64,000 nucleotides of DNA. Source: Lingula anatina. Its lineage: Eukaryota > Animalia > Brachiopoda. How positions within the stretch are numbered: position 1 is the first letter of the stretch; each line of letters opens with the position of its first letter. Positions 35,274 to 47,972 of this stretch are shown here, in pieces. The notes below the pieces were generated by a model. That model did not search any database and was not told the origin of the DNA. It was given only the letters and a program-made list of their open reading frames with translations. The stretch spans positions 27,552,503 to 27,616,502 of the forward strand of contig CM120640.1 in NCBI GenBank assembly GCA_051362555.1, written 5' to 3'. Made by a program: the position numbers and the translations under genes.

Positions 35274-37178
35274 TATCGTAGCTTGTTGATCAAAACATGC
35301 TGGAAAAAATTTCATGTACATTATGAGCTAAGAAAGACTAAACTATTTTTATACACGAATATAAAACAATTAAAACAATACTGGTATTCAGTATTTTTAG
35401 AACATTTACACATTTCAAAACCAATCTTTTTAAATCTGAAACAAAGGCTCCCAAAAGGCAGACACATACACCAGAAGAAAACTCTTTTGTAGGTGAATTA
35501 GTAGAGTTTCAATAGGCTTGTGTAAGGATTAATACATGTAGTATGCATGCTGTTTCGTGTACAAAAAGGTCAGACAAAGTAAAAAATATTCAACAACAAA
35601 GTTTAAAACCTTGACTTAATAAATTGGTGTTTTTTCGAAATCCTTCAGTTTGTGACAAGATGCAACACCTTCAATTTTTAAACCACATGCACAAATTCCA
35701 CTGCAGCACCTTACAACTACCTGAACATTACTATAAGTAAAAAAATAGTTTCACTTATTTTTTTCTAAAACTATCAGTTCATAAACATTTCACTTTGACA
35801 ACAATGATTTTTCTTTTCTTTCTTTCTTTTTTTGACTTCCACCACAATTATGTTAGAATGCTCAGTGCCTACCCTATACCTACTGTCAGCATCAAAACAG
35901 CAGCAACAGCATCTGTCCCCATCTACTCTAGCTGCTTATTCCATCAAAGCACAGTTTACATGTAGCATGACTTAATAAGTACTTAGCCTTGTCAGGAACT
36001 GCTTATCTGGCACCTCACAGCGATGCTACTTAACAAGACAAGTGGTTTTCGCAAGGGTCACATTTTACAAAACAACACGTAATTATCTTAACAACGTCTC
36101 TGACCCCAAACTCAAACCTAAAAAATACATACAATTATTGTTGGAAGTATGCAAATATATATTTTTTCTTGTTGCTGTTTTGAGAATGCTTAGAGCAAAG
36201 GTATGCACTTGTACTGTGTGTAAATTCCTTTTCTTGTAAACAACATTCATGTATATGTTATGACAAGTAAATTCTAAAAGCTAACCTCTAATCCAATTTG
36301 TTTATCCAAATAAACTAGGGGGCAACCTATCTAGATATGAAGGTAACTTCATTTGAAAACATGGCCACAGACACTATATGTCACTTAATATAGCCTTATT
36401 AATGTAATATATGTCTTTTCATTAGATATTCATATAAGGGCCATTCCTATCATTTTCCCATTGTGAAACATCCTCTTCCCTACATACATTTTTGCATGTC
36501 TTTAAGATACTATAAAAGACGGAAATCGCACCTTATCTTTAACTTCTTATTAATTTTTCAGTGAATAGAAGGAGAAATGTATCTTAATAAAAGAAATAAG
36601 AACATCCTGTAAAAACAAGTTCAAGACTATAAACAATCCAAAGGAACAGTTAATATAAAGAATTATTCCATGTATAAATTACCAATCTACAACTCAGACT
36701 AAAGACACATCATAATGTATACATGTACTTAGAACATATACATAATAAAGATTTACTGTACTCTTTGCAATATATAAAATATATACTGAATGCATAATGC
36801 ATACGCATACGTTTTATCTTTTCTTTGACCGAAAATGCTGTAATTTCCGTGAAAAAGCCCACATATTGATTGTTCTCATTTGCTTTACTTAAAAATGGTT
36901 ATTTTTTCCAAGCAGAACCCCTATACTTATAATACTAATGTCTACACATTGATATATACTCTCATTTACAGTATGTGTAAATATACAACTGTATAGCCTT
37001 ATGTGACCAGAATAAATCTATTTGAGAAATGCTCAGAGGGGTTTAAATGAAAACAATTTTGTTTCCAACCTTTGAAATCAAAAACTTGATTGCTACCCAC
37101 CCCCCACCTCCACCCCCACCAACAAGCTGAGCTAAGCAGCCAACATAAGCTGTTTGATAAAGGGAGGGGAATCAAGTG

Positions 37179-37654
37179 TCTACTTCCTTATGTTAAACCA
37201 TAAAAGTAGTTTTTTTCTTTGTATTAGTAAAACTATTCTGAGACAAACATACAATCAATTTTGTTTGTCATGTTTCCCAGCTGCAAGGAAGTTTCTCAAG
37301 CATATCACAAAACTGCACAAACTGAGAAAAAAACAATGCTCATGTATTTGTGGTCAATCTCTTTCAAATCATGAACAGCAGTGGAGGATAAACTTTACTT
37401 CAACAAAAATATATTAACTCTACTTCCTTATGTTAAATCAGAAAAGTTTAATTTTTTTCTTTGTCTAAGTAGAAATATTCTGAGAGAAAACAAACAATCT
37501 ATTTTGTTTGTCATGTTTCTCAAGCACATCACAAAATTGAACAAACTGAGATAAAAAACACAATACTCTTACGTGCATCATGTATTTGCGGTCAACCACC
37601 CTCAAATCATGAAAAGCAGTGGAGGATAAACTTTACTTCAAAAATATATTAACT
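37179..37654. repeat. Diverged two-copy tandem duplication, ~240-bp period
   Basis: TCTACTTCCTTATGTTAAA starts at 37179 and 37419. Both copies contain TTTTGTTTGTCATGTTTC and GCAGTGGAGGATAAACTTTACTTCAA. Confidence 0.85.
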
Positions 37655-37778
37655 CCTAATAACATACTATGCCAGATCTTAAGGTGACCCCCTTAACTGT
37701 TATTACAGTATGATTTAGAATTGAGTTCACTAGCATATATGTATATATAGCTGGGTAAATAAAGTGCTGTATACTCAC

Positions 37779-37840
37779 CCGTCTTAAAGAAAGCAGTTGA
37801 AATTCTCCTGTAGTAGTTCACTCATTGTTTGGCCTGCATA
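37779..37840 (-). other. Probable 5'UTR exon of SYTL containing short uORFs
   Basis: Acceptor TTTTCATCTTAG before 37840 and donor CGG|GTGAGT after 37779. Contains two ATGs, each closed by a stop codon. Confidence 0.5.
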
Positions 37841-39136
37841 CTAAGATGAAAAATAAAAAGATGGACACATTTTAACTGAAATTATTAACATTATAAAACC
37901 TTCTAAATAGAAATGTGGCACACCTGCATCGTGGATTACAATATATATATTTAAGGTCCCAGGGAAACATTAAGTTGATCTGAATGTTGATATTGTAGTA
38001 ATGGTAGATATATCTAGAGCAGTCATCCAAAAATATGACCCTTGTCCATGAATAAATACAACAGAGAGGGGCAACAGGAGACAGGATATATTCATCAATA
38101 GCCGAAGAAATGTTTTTCACTGTTCTACGACTTTTTTTCTCAAACCATATTTTTTTTTTGGCTTAAGTTTTCAACTAAAATAGATGAAAATGAAACTGGT
38201 AAAGGTCTCATCAAAGTGTAATAAACCTAGGACCCAAATTATGAATGTTGCATCCATAGACAAAGTAAATATAAAGCAATTTTTTTTATCAGATCTTCTC
38301 CATGGTGGCAGGTAGATCTATTCTGTCATGTCCATAAATAAATGCAGTGCTTATTCACGTTTCTTACATAGCCCCTGGTCACAATACAAGGGGTCTTTTC
38401 ATCTAAACATGCCTCCTACTTCCAAGATAATAACATGTTTATGAGCAACCATGATATATAAATCATAATACCCTCAAAACATGAGGACTAAAGACCACGA
38501 TGTCAAAGTGTACCCCAATTTTTTAAAACCTTCCTTTTTAAGACACATTTTGTGCAAAAGCAAAATTGCTTTCTTTAAATAAATGTGCTTTACTTGGGTG
38601 TATGATATATTATTTATTCATACACGTATCTAATCTTCTCGTGATTCCAAATTAATAGTAAGAGCATCAAATTGATCTTAGCTTTTTCTAAACCACTAAC
38701 ACCCTGCATAAAAACAATTATCAAGGCAGTAAAATTAAGTTTTGTTTGGAAAAAAACCCTGCTAACAACCAATTCACTACAAAAAAAAAAGCAAGGATTA
38801 GAGCATTCAACTACTGAAGTCTCTAAGAATGGGGTTCAATTTTATCAGCAAACTGCATCATCACACACTGATATAAATGAGAATTAAGCAGTCTGATAAT
38901 GTGTGGAGTGTAGCTCGAAGATGTTTTTGTCAATATTTGGCTGCAGTTCCAAGTAGCTACACGTGCTTAGTGTGCCTTTTATCAAGTGGTTTCATGTGTG
39001 CCCCACAAAAGTTGTATGTAAACAAGACTCACCCATACACTGATATTTCTTTAGGGTTAACTTCAAAACATAAACATACTGTAAAATTTAAGTTTATATT
39101 GACATCAGAATACAGCCTCATATACAGTGTGACTTA

Positions 39137-39352
39137 GAGAGCATTTCCAGAGATTTAGATTGACCTTACTAGATTGTCCTAACTCCCTGGGGGGTTCAGG
39201 CTAAATTGCAGTCAGCCGACTGTGCACGGAAGTTAATTACCCCCTTACAGCTTGTAGTAGGCGGGATGGACATTTAAGACGGATTATCTGACAGTAATCT
39301 AGTGAGACTCCCCACAGGGATAGATCGATCTAAAATCTATGGGAATGCACCC
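39137..39352. mobile_element. PIF/Harbinger-like MITE with TTA target duplication
   Basis: GAGAGCATTTCCAGAGATTTAGATTGACCT versus the reverse complement of the right end, GGGTGCATTCCCATAGATTTTAGATCGATCT. TTA at 39134-39136 and 39353-39355. Confidence 0.6.
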
Positions 39353-39513
39353 TTATACAAGCATATGAAACATCTAAAATATCCATATGACAGGAGTTTA
39401 GATCTTTTCATTAACCACATCTAATGCTATGATAAGAATTTAGATTAACAGTATAAATTTACATATTAATGATTCCCATTTGGACATATCTATGAACCTT
39501 GGTGTATGTAGAT

Positions 39514-39594
39514 AAAATTTTACCCAGGAGGGACCTTTTCCTGGCAAAAAGGGTGTTTTTTTTCACCCCCTCCTCCCCCCCGGCTACGGGCCTG
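39514..39594 (-). mobile_element. Truncated copy of the MITE family at 828-998
   Basis: The reverse complement reads CAGGCCCGTAGCCGGGGG...TTTTTGCCAGGAAAAGGTCCCTCCTGGGTAAAATTT, matching the left half of 828-998. Confidence 0.7.
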
Positions 39595-40578
39595 GAATGA
39601 CATAGCAGATGAATACACAGATGAATACAAAGATAAATTATTAAATTTCTCATTCTCTGTTCTTAACAGAAATTATTATAGTTGATTGAAAGGATGAACT
39701 ACCTTTCACAAATCTTATATGACCTAGACTGTTGAAAAATAGCTGAGACACTTTCCAAACATACCATAGCATACTGGTACTCATATATCACATAGGGAGA
39801 GTGTCAAGGTACACACACTATCATACCTACCATACCAGTACACAGTTGTCCGTGTTATTACTGTTAAAAAAATAAAGTATTGCACGAATCATCATGCATT
39901 CACACTTATTTTCCATTTTTAAAAATATCTTCTACATGTGTTAATTAGCACATTATTGGTGTTATATTTCCATGGTGCTGAATCAATGTTACTTGATTAT
40001 CCTCAAGCCAATACTGTCTTTTAATTATGCAATCCGATAATTAATTTAATAACTGACCATGTGATCCCATCTTTAAGTATATATACGTATATATATATAC
40101 TGACAGATGAATTCAAATTAAGTTTATCTTTAAAGATTTATGTAACCAGACTTCCTCTTTCTATTAAGCGAATTGCCTGAAGTAATAAAATATTCACGCC
40201 TGAAAGATAATAGACTATTTAGTATACAGCTCGTATGACCTTACCTCAGTCAAAGGAAAGCAAAATGAAATAATAGGGCATCAATTAAAACTTATTCATA
40301 TCCCCTTTTTGCAGATTATGGGGAAGGATTTTGCAATGACGGACAAGACATCAATATGGTTATTTTTATTTACAATGTACTGGTCCATATGAAAGTGACA
40401 CTAACTGATCGACATCTCCCATCGTTATTAAAACTCCATGGCATTAAATACCAAATAAGGCAATATAATTGACGTACAGAATTTCGAAAGGTCGCCTGTG
40501 CTTAAAGCCCTGATGACACCGGTTGGCGGAACAGGAGACGAGTGTCAGCCACAAACAACAGCACATATAAACACTCAC

Positions 40579-42679
40579 CGCAAGTTTACGCCACAAAATC
40601 GGACATGTCCACTGGTATTTGCACCAGAAACACTGTGCGCTTCAATTCCAAGTTTTCCACTACTTCATAGGAGATAAAACTGGTCATGAAAATGACCTGG
40701 AAAGCAAACAGATGTCTAGGCCTTTGCCTCGCGACAGCTAAAACACGCAGAGCTGGCAGTGAATGACACACAACAAGCTTGACGGTACGTGTGTGAAACG
40801 GAAATTACAGGCACTTGTTGCTTCCGCTCCCAATAGCTGGCGCCACGTGCTTGAGGCAGCAAGATGAAACGATTACCTAGGGCTCCTATTATTAGATTAG
40901 ATAAGTAGAATTTAACGTCGGTTAAAATAAAACTCCAGTATATATGTATTTCTAAAAATAAATCAGAGTTTCACATTTATTCAACTTCACTGGTAATATT
41001 CTTTTCAGGCCAATGGATGAACAAAAAAAGAATGGACTTACGTTTGCGGAGTTAACCTATTAAGATGGCAGCACGGGAAAGGGCGTGGCTCTAATGTTAA
41101 TAAAATGATAAACTTTAGCCCTGGTCGTAAACTTGGCTTCGCAGTTTCCGTTGAGTGCTATCTTAGAGTGATACGATTTAGATAGCGAATACAACATAGG
41201 CTGTTACGGGCTATCGTATTCATAGATCTGCGTAAAAATGAGTAAAGGGAAAATGTCCGATAAAATAGTTTAACATTAACGCTATTAAACTTAGGGTGAA
41301 TTTGGTCTTGTTTAACCACTGCAGGATAAGGCTAATGGTGGAGATAATTTTACAGTAAGCTCTGGTACTCGAAAAACTGGCTTTTTCGTCTGTTTATTGT
41401 TGTTCTACTTTGATCTGTTTTTAAAAAGAAAGAAAGAAAGACAGAAAGAAAGAAAAATATCAGAAAGAATTTTTCCGCAGGTAATGATACTGAATATTTT
41501 ACTTGTCTATGAACAATTTACCAAAACAATTTATTTGAAAAGGAAAATACCATTGCCCAATTTTTCTATTTTAGTATTTAATTTCTGAAGCAAACCCTAT
41601 CTGACTAAATGTTTTTCGTAAACCGCACGGAATTCCCCATGACATTCGTGGTTGATGTGTGGACAGAAAGATTCATATGTTTTGATGAAATTAGATTTAG
41701 CAAATTTCACAGCTCTGTGAGAAACTGAGCCTCGATCACAATTTGACTAATTTTTTTACTTATTACACAGTGAAATTACTTGTCATTATATCAGAAATAT
41801 CTAATGCGATATAAATATATATGCGATAAATACAACTTTTATACAAAACATGTAGAATCATAGAAGTTTTCTACTTCTATGCTAGAATCCAACAATACAG
41901 CTAGGAATTGTTGAATACAACCGGGTTGTCCAGATTAAGTGAATCATATAGTATGGAACGAGTGGATTTGTAAATGTTTTAAATGAAAATCTGCTCATCA
42001 TCGAGAATTGACGTAAAATCAGTGCAGTTTCAGCTACAAAATACATTTATACGCATCGTCGGACTTGAAATTGATTTGAAGCCTTTCATTTTTAAATTGG
42101 CAACATACAGGGGGGGAAAAGCAAAAAAGTGTTGATATCACTAGTACTCTGGTAATTTGAAAACCATTGCCCAAGTTACCGAAAAAACATCGCTTCAGAA
42201 AATGATCATGGCAAAAAAATCCACCTTGAATGAGCTATTGGAGTGCGAACAGTTTGAAGCGTTTTAATCGGGATTTTACCTAGCACTCCATATTCCACCA
42301 GGACTTAAGCCTTAAGAACCTGTTTGAAGTATTTGACGTGCTGGTTTTGATGAACCATTTTTGGCATACTGATGCCGCATCTTTGGCAATCCTATACCTG
42401 GGTGATTCATTTATCAGCGTTCTACATACGCAATGTCTCGAGTTTTGGTGTAAATTGGGTCGACCGCAAACGGGCAGATAAAGGAGTTCTTTTTGTAAAC
42501 TGTAAACCTCATCGCCTACTCAAGAGGGAGTTTATTTTGTACGCGAAGGCACAGGAAATACGACAGAACGAGAATTAATTCCAGTTCAACCGGGAGGGGC
42601 CTCAGCAGTAAGGACAGCAGAAAACACGCCGGAGTCGACGGACTACGTAAAGCAGTAAAGGGGGGCAACAGAATCTCAG
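40579..42679. promoter_or_regulatory. Head-to-head promoter region: SYTL non-coding exon 1 (-) and MOLO1-like non-coding exon 1 (+)
   Basis: Two CpG-enriched patches. Minus-strand donor CG|GTGAGT at 40579 and plus-strand donor CAG|GTGAGT at 42679/42680. YY1-like AAGATGGC at ~41062. Confidence 0.6.
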
Positions 42680-43834
42680 GTGAGTGCTTTGCTCTTGTAT
42701 TAGGCCTATATTCTTTCAACTGTCGACGGGCATATTTAACTATTAGTACTGAACACACAATATTCCAGTGTGATTAAACTGTGTTGAGTATTGGACACGT
42801 TTTTTAATCCAGTGTTTATGTCTGGTTGAGAAATCTCTGTCGCTTTAAGTTTGTCTGGCCGAGGTTTGTCCAGGTTCGTACTCCCATGGCTATAGCTTTA
42901 TCAGGATGAAGGCGAAAATTCTCATAAAGTGTCCGAATAGAAGTACTGAAGAGTAAGCTTTTTAGATAGCGGGGCTTCATGGGGATTTTTTTTCACTCCA
43001 AATGCTTTGGAACAGCCTTTTGGGATTGGCGTAATAAAAAAAGTAACCTCAGGTGAAAGATAAATTATTTGATAACTTGCAGTCTCGTCATGTTATTTGA
43101 CTTTGTATACCAAATTCAACGTCTTGGTGGATAGAAAGGGTGGTGTTATTACGTTCACACAAACAAACCGAATATTGTTGCGAGGTCTTGCTTTGCATTC
43201 ATCAACTTCTCGTTAAACCTGTTTCCTTGCCCAACATAAACATACTACTTATTCATGTAGTTGGTATATATATATGCATGCAACCTACTAGTTCATTTGA
43301 CCTACATTTAGAATCATCTGGACTTCCTTTTGCTTTCATTCATGTTCACTGACTGTGGTAAGTTAAGTATTTAAAGATATAGTTTAACTTGTACATGTAC
43401 TGGGTATATCCCGTATAGTAATCCATGTGCAATATAATTATAGTTCAAATCAGATTAGCATACCTCAATTTTTTATGTGACAGACTGATAAATGAACCAT
43501 TTATAGGCCTATGAATATGCTTGGTAGATATACAGTAAGTGAGAAAAAGTTTGGTGTATAAAGAGCATTTTGAGAATTGCTCATCCTCGGAAGTAATTAA
43601 GATACTCTCTCAGCTTGTTTTTGCCAATATTTATGACCCTGCTTCACCTTGATAGGTAATTGTTCACTGAAACCGGTCAGGTAGGATGCCCAGAATAAAC
43701 ACCAATGGTTTGAGAGCATTCTGCTTGCATACCTTGAGAAACCAATTTCAGCCAAAAGGATGCTCCTTGGCAACATTGGCACTTGTTTCTTTTTTGGACT
43801 GGTAGAGTTAATGTGTGAATGCCCCCTCACCCCC

Positions 43835-43865
<31 letters not shown>

Positions 43866-44368
43866 GCTCAACTGGTTAGCCTTAGTCATTCTAATTGCCC
43901 CAACAGAACTCTTGACTAAATATCCATGTATTCTGTCAATTTCTGTGAGTCAACGGCATAAGTGATTAACTTAGCCATTTGCTGGTGGAAGACTTAATAT
44001 TTTTGGGCTTGAGTTTAAATAATAAATGAACTGGATATTGGCACCCCATGGTTCAGAGTACTGTACTGTTTTAGACATTCCTCTGTCCATCATTGCTCAG
44101 TTGCTGAAGACAGCAGATAATAGAGTAAGGGAGCTCTTGAGCAGACTCTGAGGCTCGGTATATGTTCACGTATCGCTTCCTCACAATAAATTATGAGCAC
44201 ATTCATTTGCTGACCAGGATCATCGTACATTTTATTTCCAAGGTTATTTTGAAGCACTGATAATTATTAAAGCTACAGTACTAGTACATGCATGTTATAT
44301 AAAATATGTTCCCATAGCTTTTTTTTATAATATTAGCTAACATATATTATCATTTTTTAACAGGAAAG

Positions 44369-47152
44369 ATGTTCAGTCTGTATGTGGTGTTAGCAGCTGG
44401 GTTAGTGACGGTGGCCATTGGTCAGGCTAACCCAGACAGGTGGAGCCCTAGTGACTACCCAAACCCAAGGATGCCCAACAGTGGCTCATACAGCTGTCTA
44501 CGGAAACAAAAGAAGTCCTATATCTGTGATCCAAATACTCTTATTTCATTTGAGGATGGTAAATAATGTTTTTATCACTTGTAAAATCAGATGTTATTTG
44601 CTATGATATCATTTGCTCAATTCAATTGATAAATTATTTAGATACCTTATACTGTTCTCATTTTATCACACAAGGCATGCTTTTTTAAAATTGAATAGAT
44701 TGAATGGTGCTGCAGTTTATTGAAAGAAAAACAGCTGAGAAAAACATATAATGATGAAGTAATCATTATCACATTATATGCATGTGTTACAGGGTCATTT
44801 TTTCCAAAACTATACTAGTAATGATGTTTGTTCATGAATTCCATCATAGTCCATGGCTACATCTGCAACTTCTGTTTAAATATGCACATATACAGTAAAC
44901 TTATTTCTTATAGCCAACATGTTGGACAAAGACTTGGAGCGGATAGCAAACAATAGCCGCTGCCTGTGTTCTGCCAGTGAGTGCAATAGGAGACAGCAGA
45001 ATAAGGAACCCAGGGGAACAAGGATGGCTGTTGCTTTGATGCAGGAAATGAAAAGAGAAGTAGAGTGAGTAAAGTACTTTTTTTTCTTCTTTCATAACTT
45101 TTTAAGCAATTTTTTTAAACATTTTGGTCAAAAAATATAAGTTGTTATTATAAGCACATTTTTCACATGAGCAGAGAAAAGTCAAATTTAACATTCACAA
45201 AGTTTCAGATCCTATGTTATTGGTAATGTACGGACATTTGAAAATGAAGAACCTGTATTATATGGGGCCTGAAAAATTTTTATATGAAATCCAAGGACAT
45301 AAAAATTTATGCATTTATGCTAAAGAAACTTATGGTTTGTCACCTACTTCCAGTGGCGAGGATTCTGATGAAAAACGTATTGGGGATGCACAGTCATTTG
45401 CTCACCGACTTTATCCCAACTGGAACTTAGGAGGAGAGTGCCACGATGTTGTACTGTTAATTTATTCTAAGCATGAGAATGTAGTAAGTACACATACTTT
45501 GTTTATCAGTTGATTTATTTTTCAAAATGTTAAATTTAGATGGTTGAGTGAATATTATAGAAATGAACATATCAACTCAGAAGAATGGAAAACTTTTTGT
45601 TATAGAATCTTAGTTAGAATGTTATAAATGTTAACAACATTAAGTTGGGTGTTATGCTCATTTTCACTTACTAGTACTATAATCCAGCCTCACTTCTTTA
45701 ATAATTAATTCCTTTGAGTTTAATTTGTGTTTATTCATCTAGATCAAAGTGTAAAACAATGTTAAAAAGGCAATCTAAGATAAAGCTATTTGAGGCAAGT
45801 TTCTCAGAAAAATTAGGTAGCATAAAGTATAGAAAGCACTGACATTTATGGGTTGGTTTCAGTTGTATGTTGCCACTGGTCCAGCAGCTAGTCAAGTTGT
45901 CAGCAATATGGATCTGAACAGAATCTTGGCTGACTCACGACAATATTTCTCCAGTGGCAATGATGAAAACAGCAGAAGAAAACTTAAAGAGGGACTTCAA
46001 AGACTGATAAATGATTTCAAGTAAGCATACATTGGCTTTTTATATGAAACAACATATAAATGTTCGCTTTTTTATCTATTGCATTTTTCTTTTTGTTTTT
46101 ATTCAAAGGAATCAACATTCAAATGCTGTTGCATGTTTAGATAAAGAGGTTGCCTTTTTTGGGGGGTGAGGCGCTTTGCTTGTCAGCATTGTTTCACTTG
46201 CCAACACTGGTAAGATTTCTTTTCAGACATGTTTTTGATGAAAAATTAAATATAGCAAGAAAACCACCTTAAGACACACTTCGTTATTTTATCTTATGCT
46301 GGGTTGCTTAGGTCTTGTTTAATCACCCTTACAGAAAAGTTCCATGTTAATTTCAGCTGACTACAGCAGCAAATGCATTAAGGCACAATTTTGTTGTGCA
46401 GCACTGCCCCTTCTTTCCATTAAATATATAATTTTTTTTTTATCCCACAGCAGAAATAAGGTCATCATTTGAGAGATTTTACTTGCAAATTAATATAAAT
46501 AATGAAAAGGAGATGGCTGTCAAAGCATTGTTTTCCTTCGCATTGCAGGACTGCTTTCATTCGTGGCCAGTATATTCCACGCAAATGGCATGGGGGGAGA
46601 TCAGAGTACAGCCCAGGGTCAGCTGGCCAGTCGGGCAGAAGATCGTCTGCTTTCATGAATACTTTCAGTGGATTGTTAACAATGACAGCTCTTTTCATTT
46701 CCTTCCTTGTGATTTACTAAATTTGTTGCAAGTGAATACAAATTCAAGCGCCAGCTGGTCTATAGCTTTTACTGCTCTGCCAAAGTTTACGGGTCTATCG
46801 GTGGTTCCAAGGCATGGCCCTATTACCGTACCAAAGATACCACAAAAGTCTGTTGACGGTGCTACAGTTTATACCAAAGCAACCCAGCATTGAAAAAAAT
46901 GTTACAAATGCTCTTTTTCAAAATCTGAGAGACATTAAAATAATTCTAGTCTTTGTATTTAATGAGAATTATGTAATTTAAAGTAAATTATATGTTTTTG
47001 CCTTTGACTCTTGCAGAGAGCATTTAACCGGACAAAAAACAAATATCGAATACAGAATTGAAGCTCAGAAATCCAGTGGAAAGAGAAACACAGTACAGCC
47101 AATAATCTTGATGACTCTTGCCATAAGCTTCTTACTGCAGATATTCAAGTAA
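44369..47152 (+). CDS. MOLO-1/TPM-like secreted protein with signal peptide and C-terminal GPI-signal-like tail
   Basis: Exons 44369-44558, 44914-45064, 45354-45483 and 45863-46020, then 46549-46720 or 47017-47152. Signal peptide MFSLYVVLAAGLVTVAIG. W...YPNP...C....SYICDP..L, MAVALM and FA..L...W.LG..C...VLL are typical of the MOLO1 family. Confidence 0.8.
46549..46720 (+). CDS. Alternative terminal exon A of the MOLO1-like gene
   Basis: Acceptor TTTTCCTTCGCATTGCAG, phase 2. Encodes TAFIRGQ...SGRRSSAFMNTFSGLLTMTALFISFLVIY*. Confidence 0.65.
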
Positions 47153-47972
47153 ATATACAGACTTACCAAATGTTCACATTTTTATGTGAAAATCAGTTTC
47201 CAAGAGTTCTTTAAAGAAGTTGTGGTCCCTGTGCTCTTAGCAAAAAGGGCTTGAAAATATAAAATATTCTGTAATTAGACATTTTACAGGGCAGTGCCAA
47301 TTATATTTTAATGTTCATACAGGTGTTTATGCTCATGCACTAAGTTGAAAGTAGTGTTCACATCGTTTACAAATGTTTTTGAATACAAGTAGTTTTTCAT
47401 CATGCATAGGCTGTAATAGAATTTGCTTTTACACATATTAACTTATATAACCTAGACACTGCATTTATATCAAATATGATAATTTATTGCATTTAGGTTA
47501 AATGTATTCTGTTCTGTGCTTTTTAATACAAATAAATAAAATTAATCTTGCAGCATACGTTATAACTTTACCTGTAGAATATATAATTATGTATAAAGCT
47601 TGTTATTTTACACTTTCTTATACCAGTATTGCAAAAAGGGAAAAGTTACCAATGACACTAATATTTCACACTTAAATCAAGGATAATACATTTTACCATA
47701 TTAAGATGATTGTCATAAAAATATTGAAATTCAAATAAAAGTTACATTTAAACATTATTGATTTTTGTTTGTATAACCAATACATTAACCATAAAATTTA
47801 TTAGAAAATGTTGTGTTGTTCATTAGTCCTGTTTTGCCGCAGAATCTGATAAAAATATCTCTTAAAAACAATCCAAATAAAATGATATAAATTATAATAT
47901 ACAGCGTCAAAACAAAACGGCATTTATAAATAGTCTCTAAAATAGTAAAATCTTTTTAAATAAAAAAGCACT

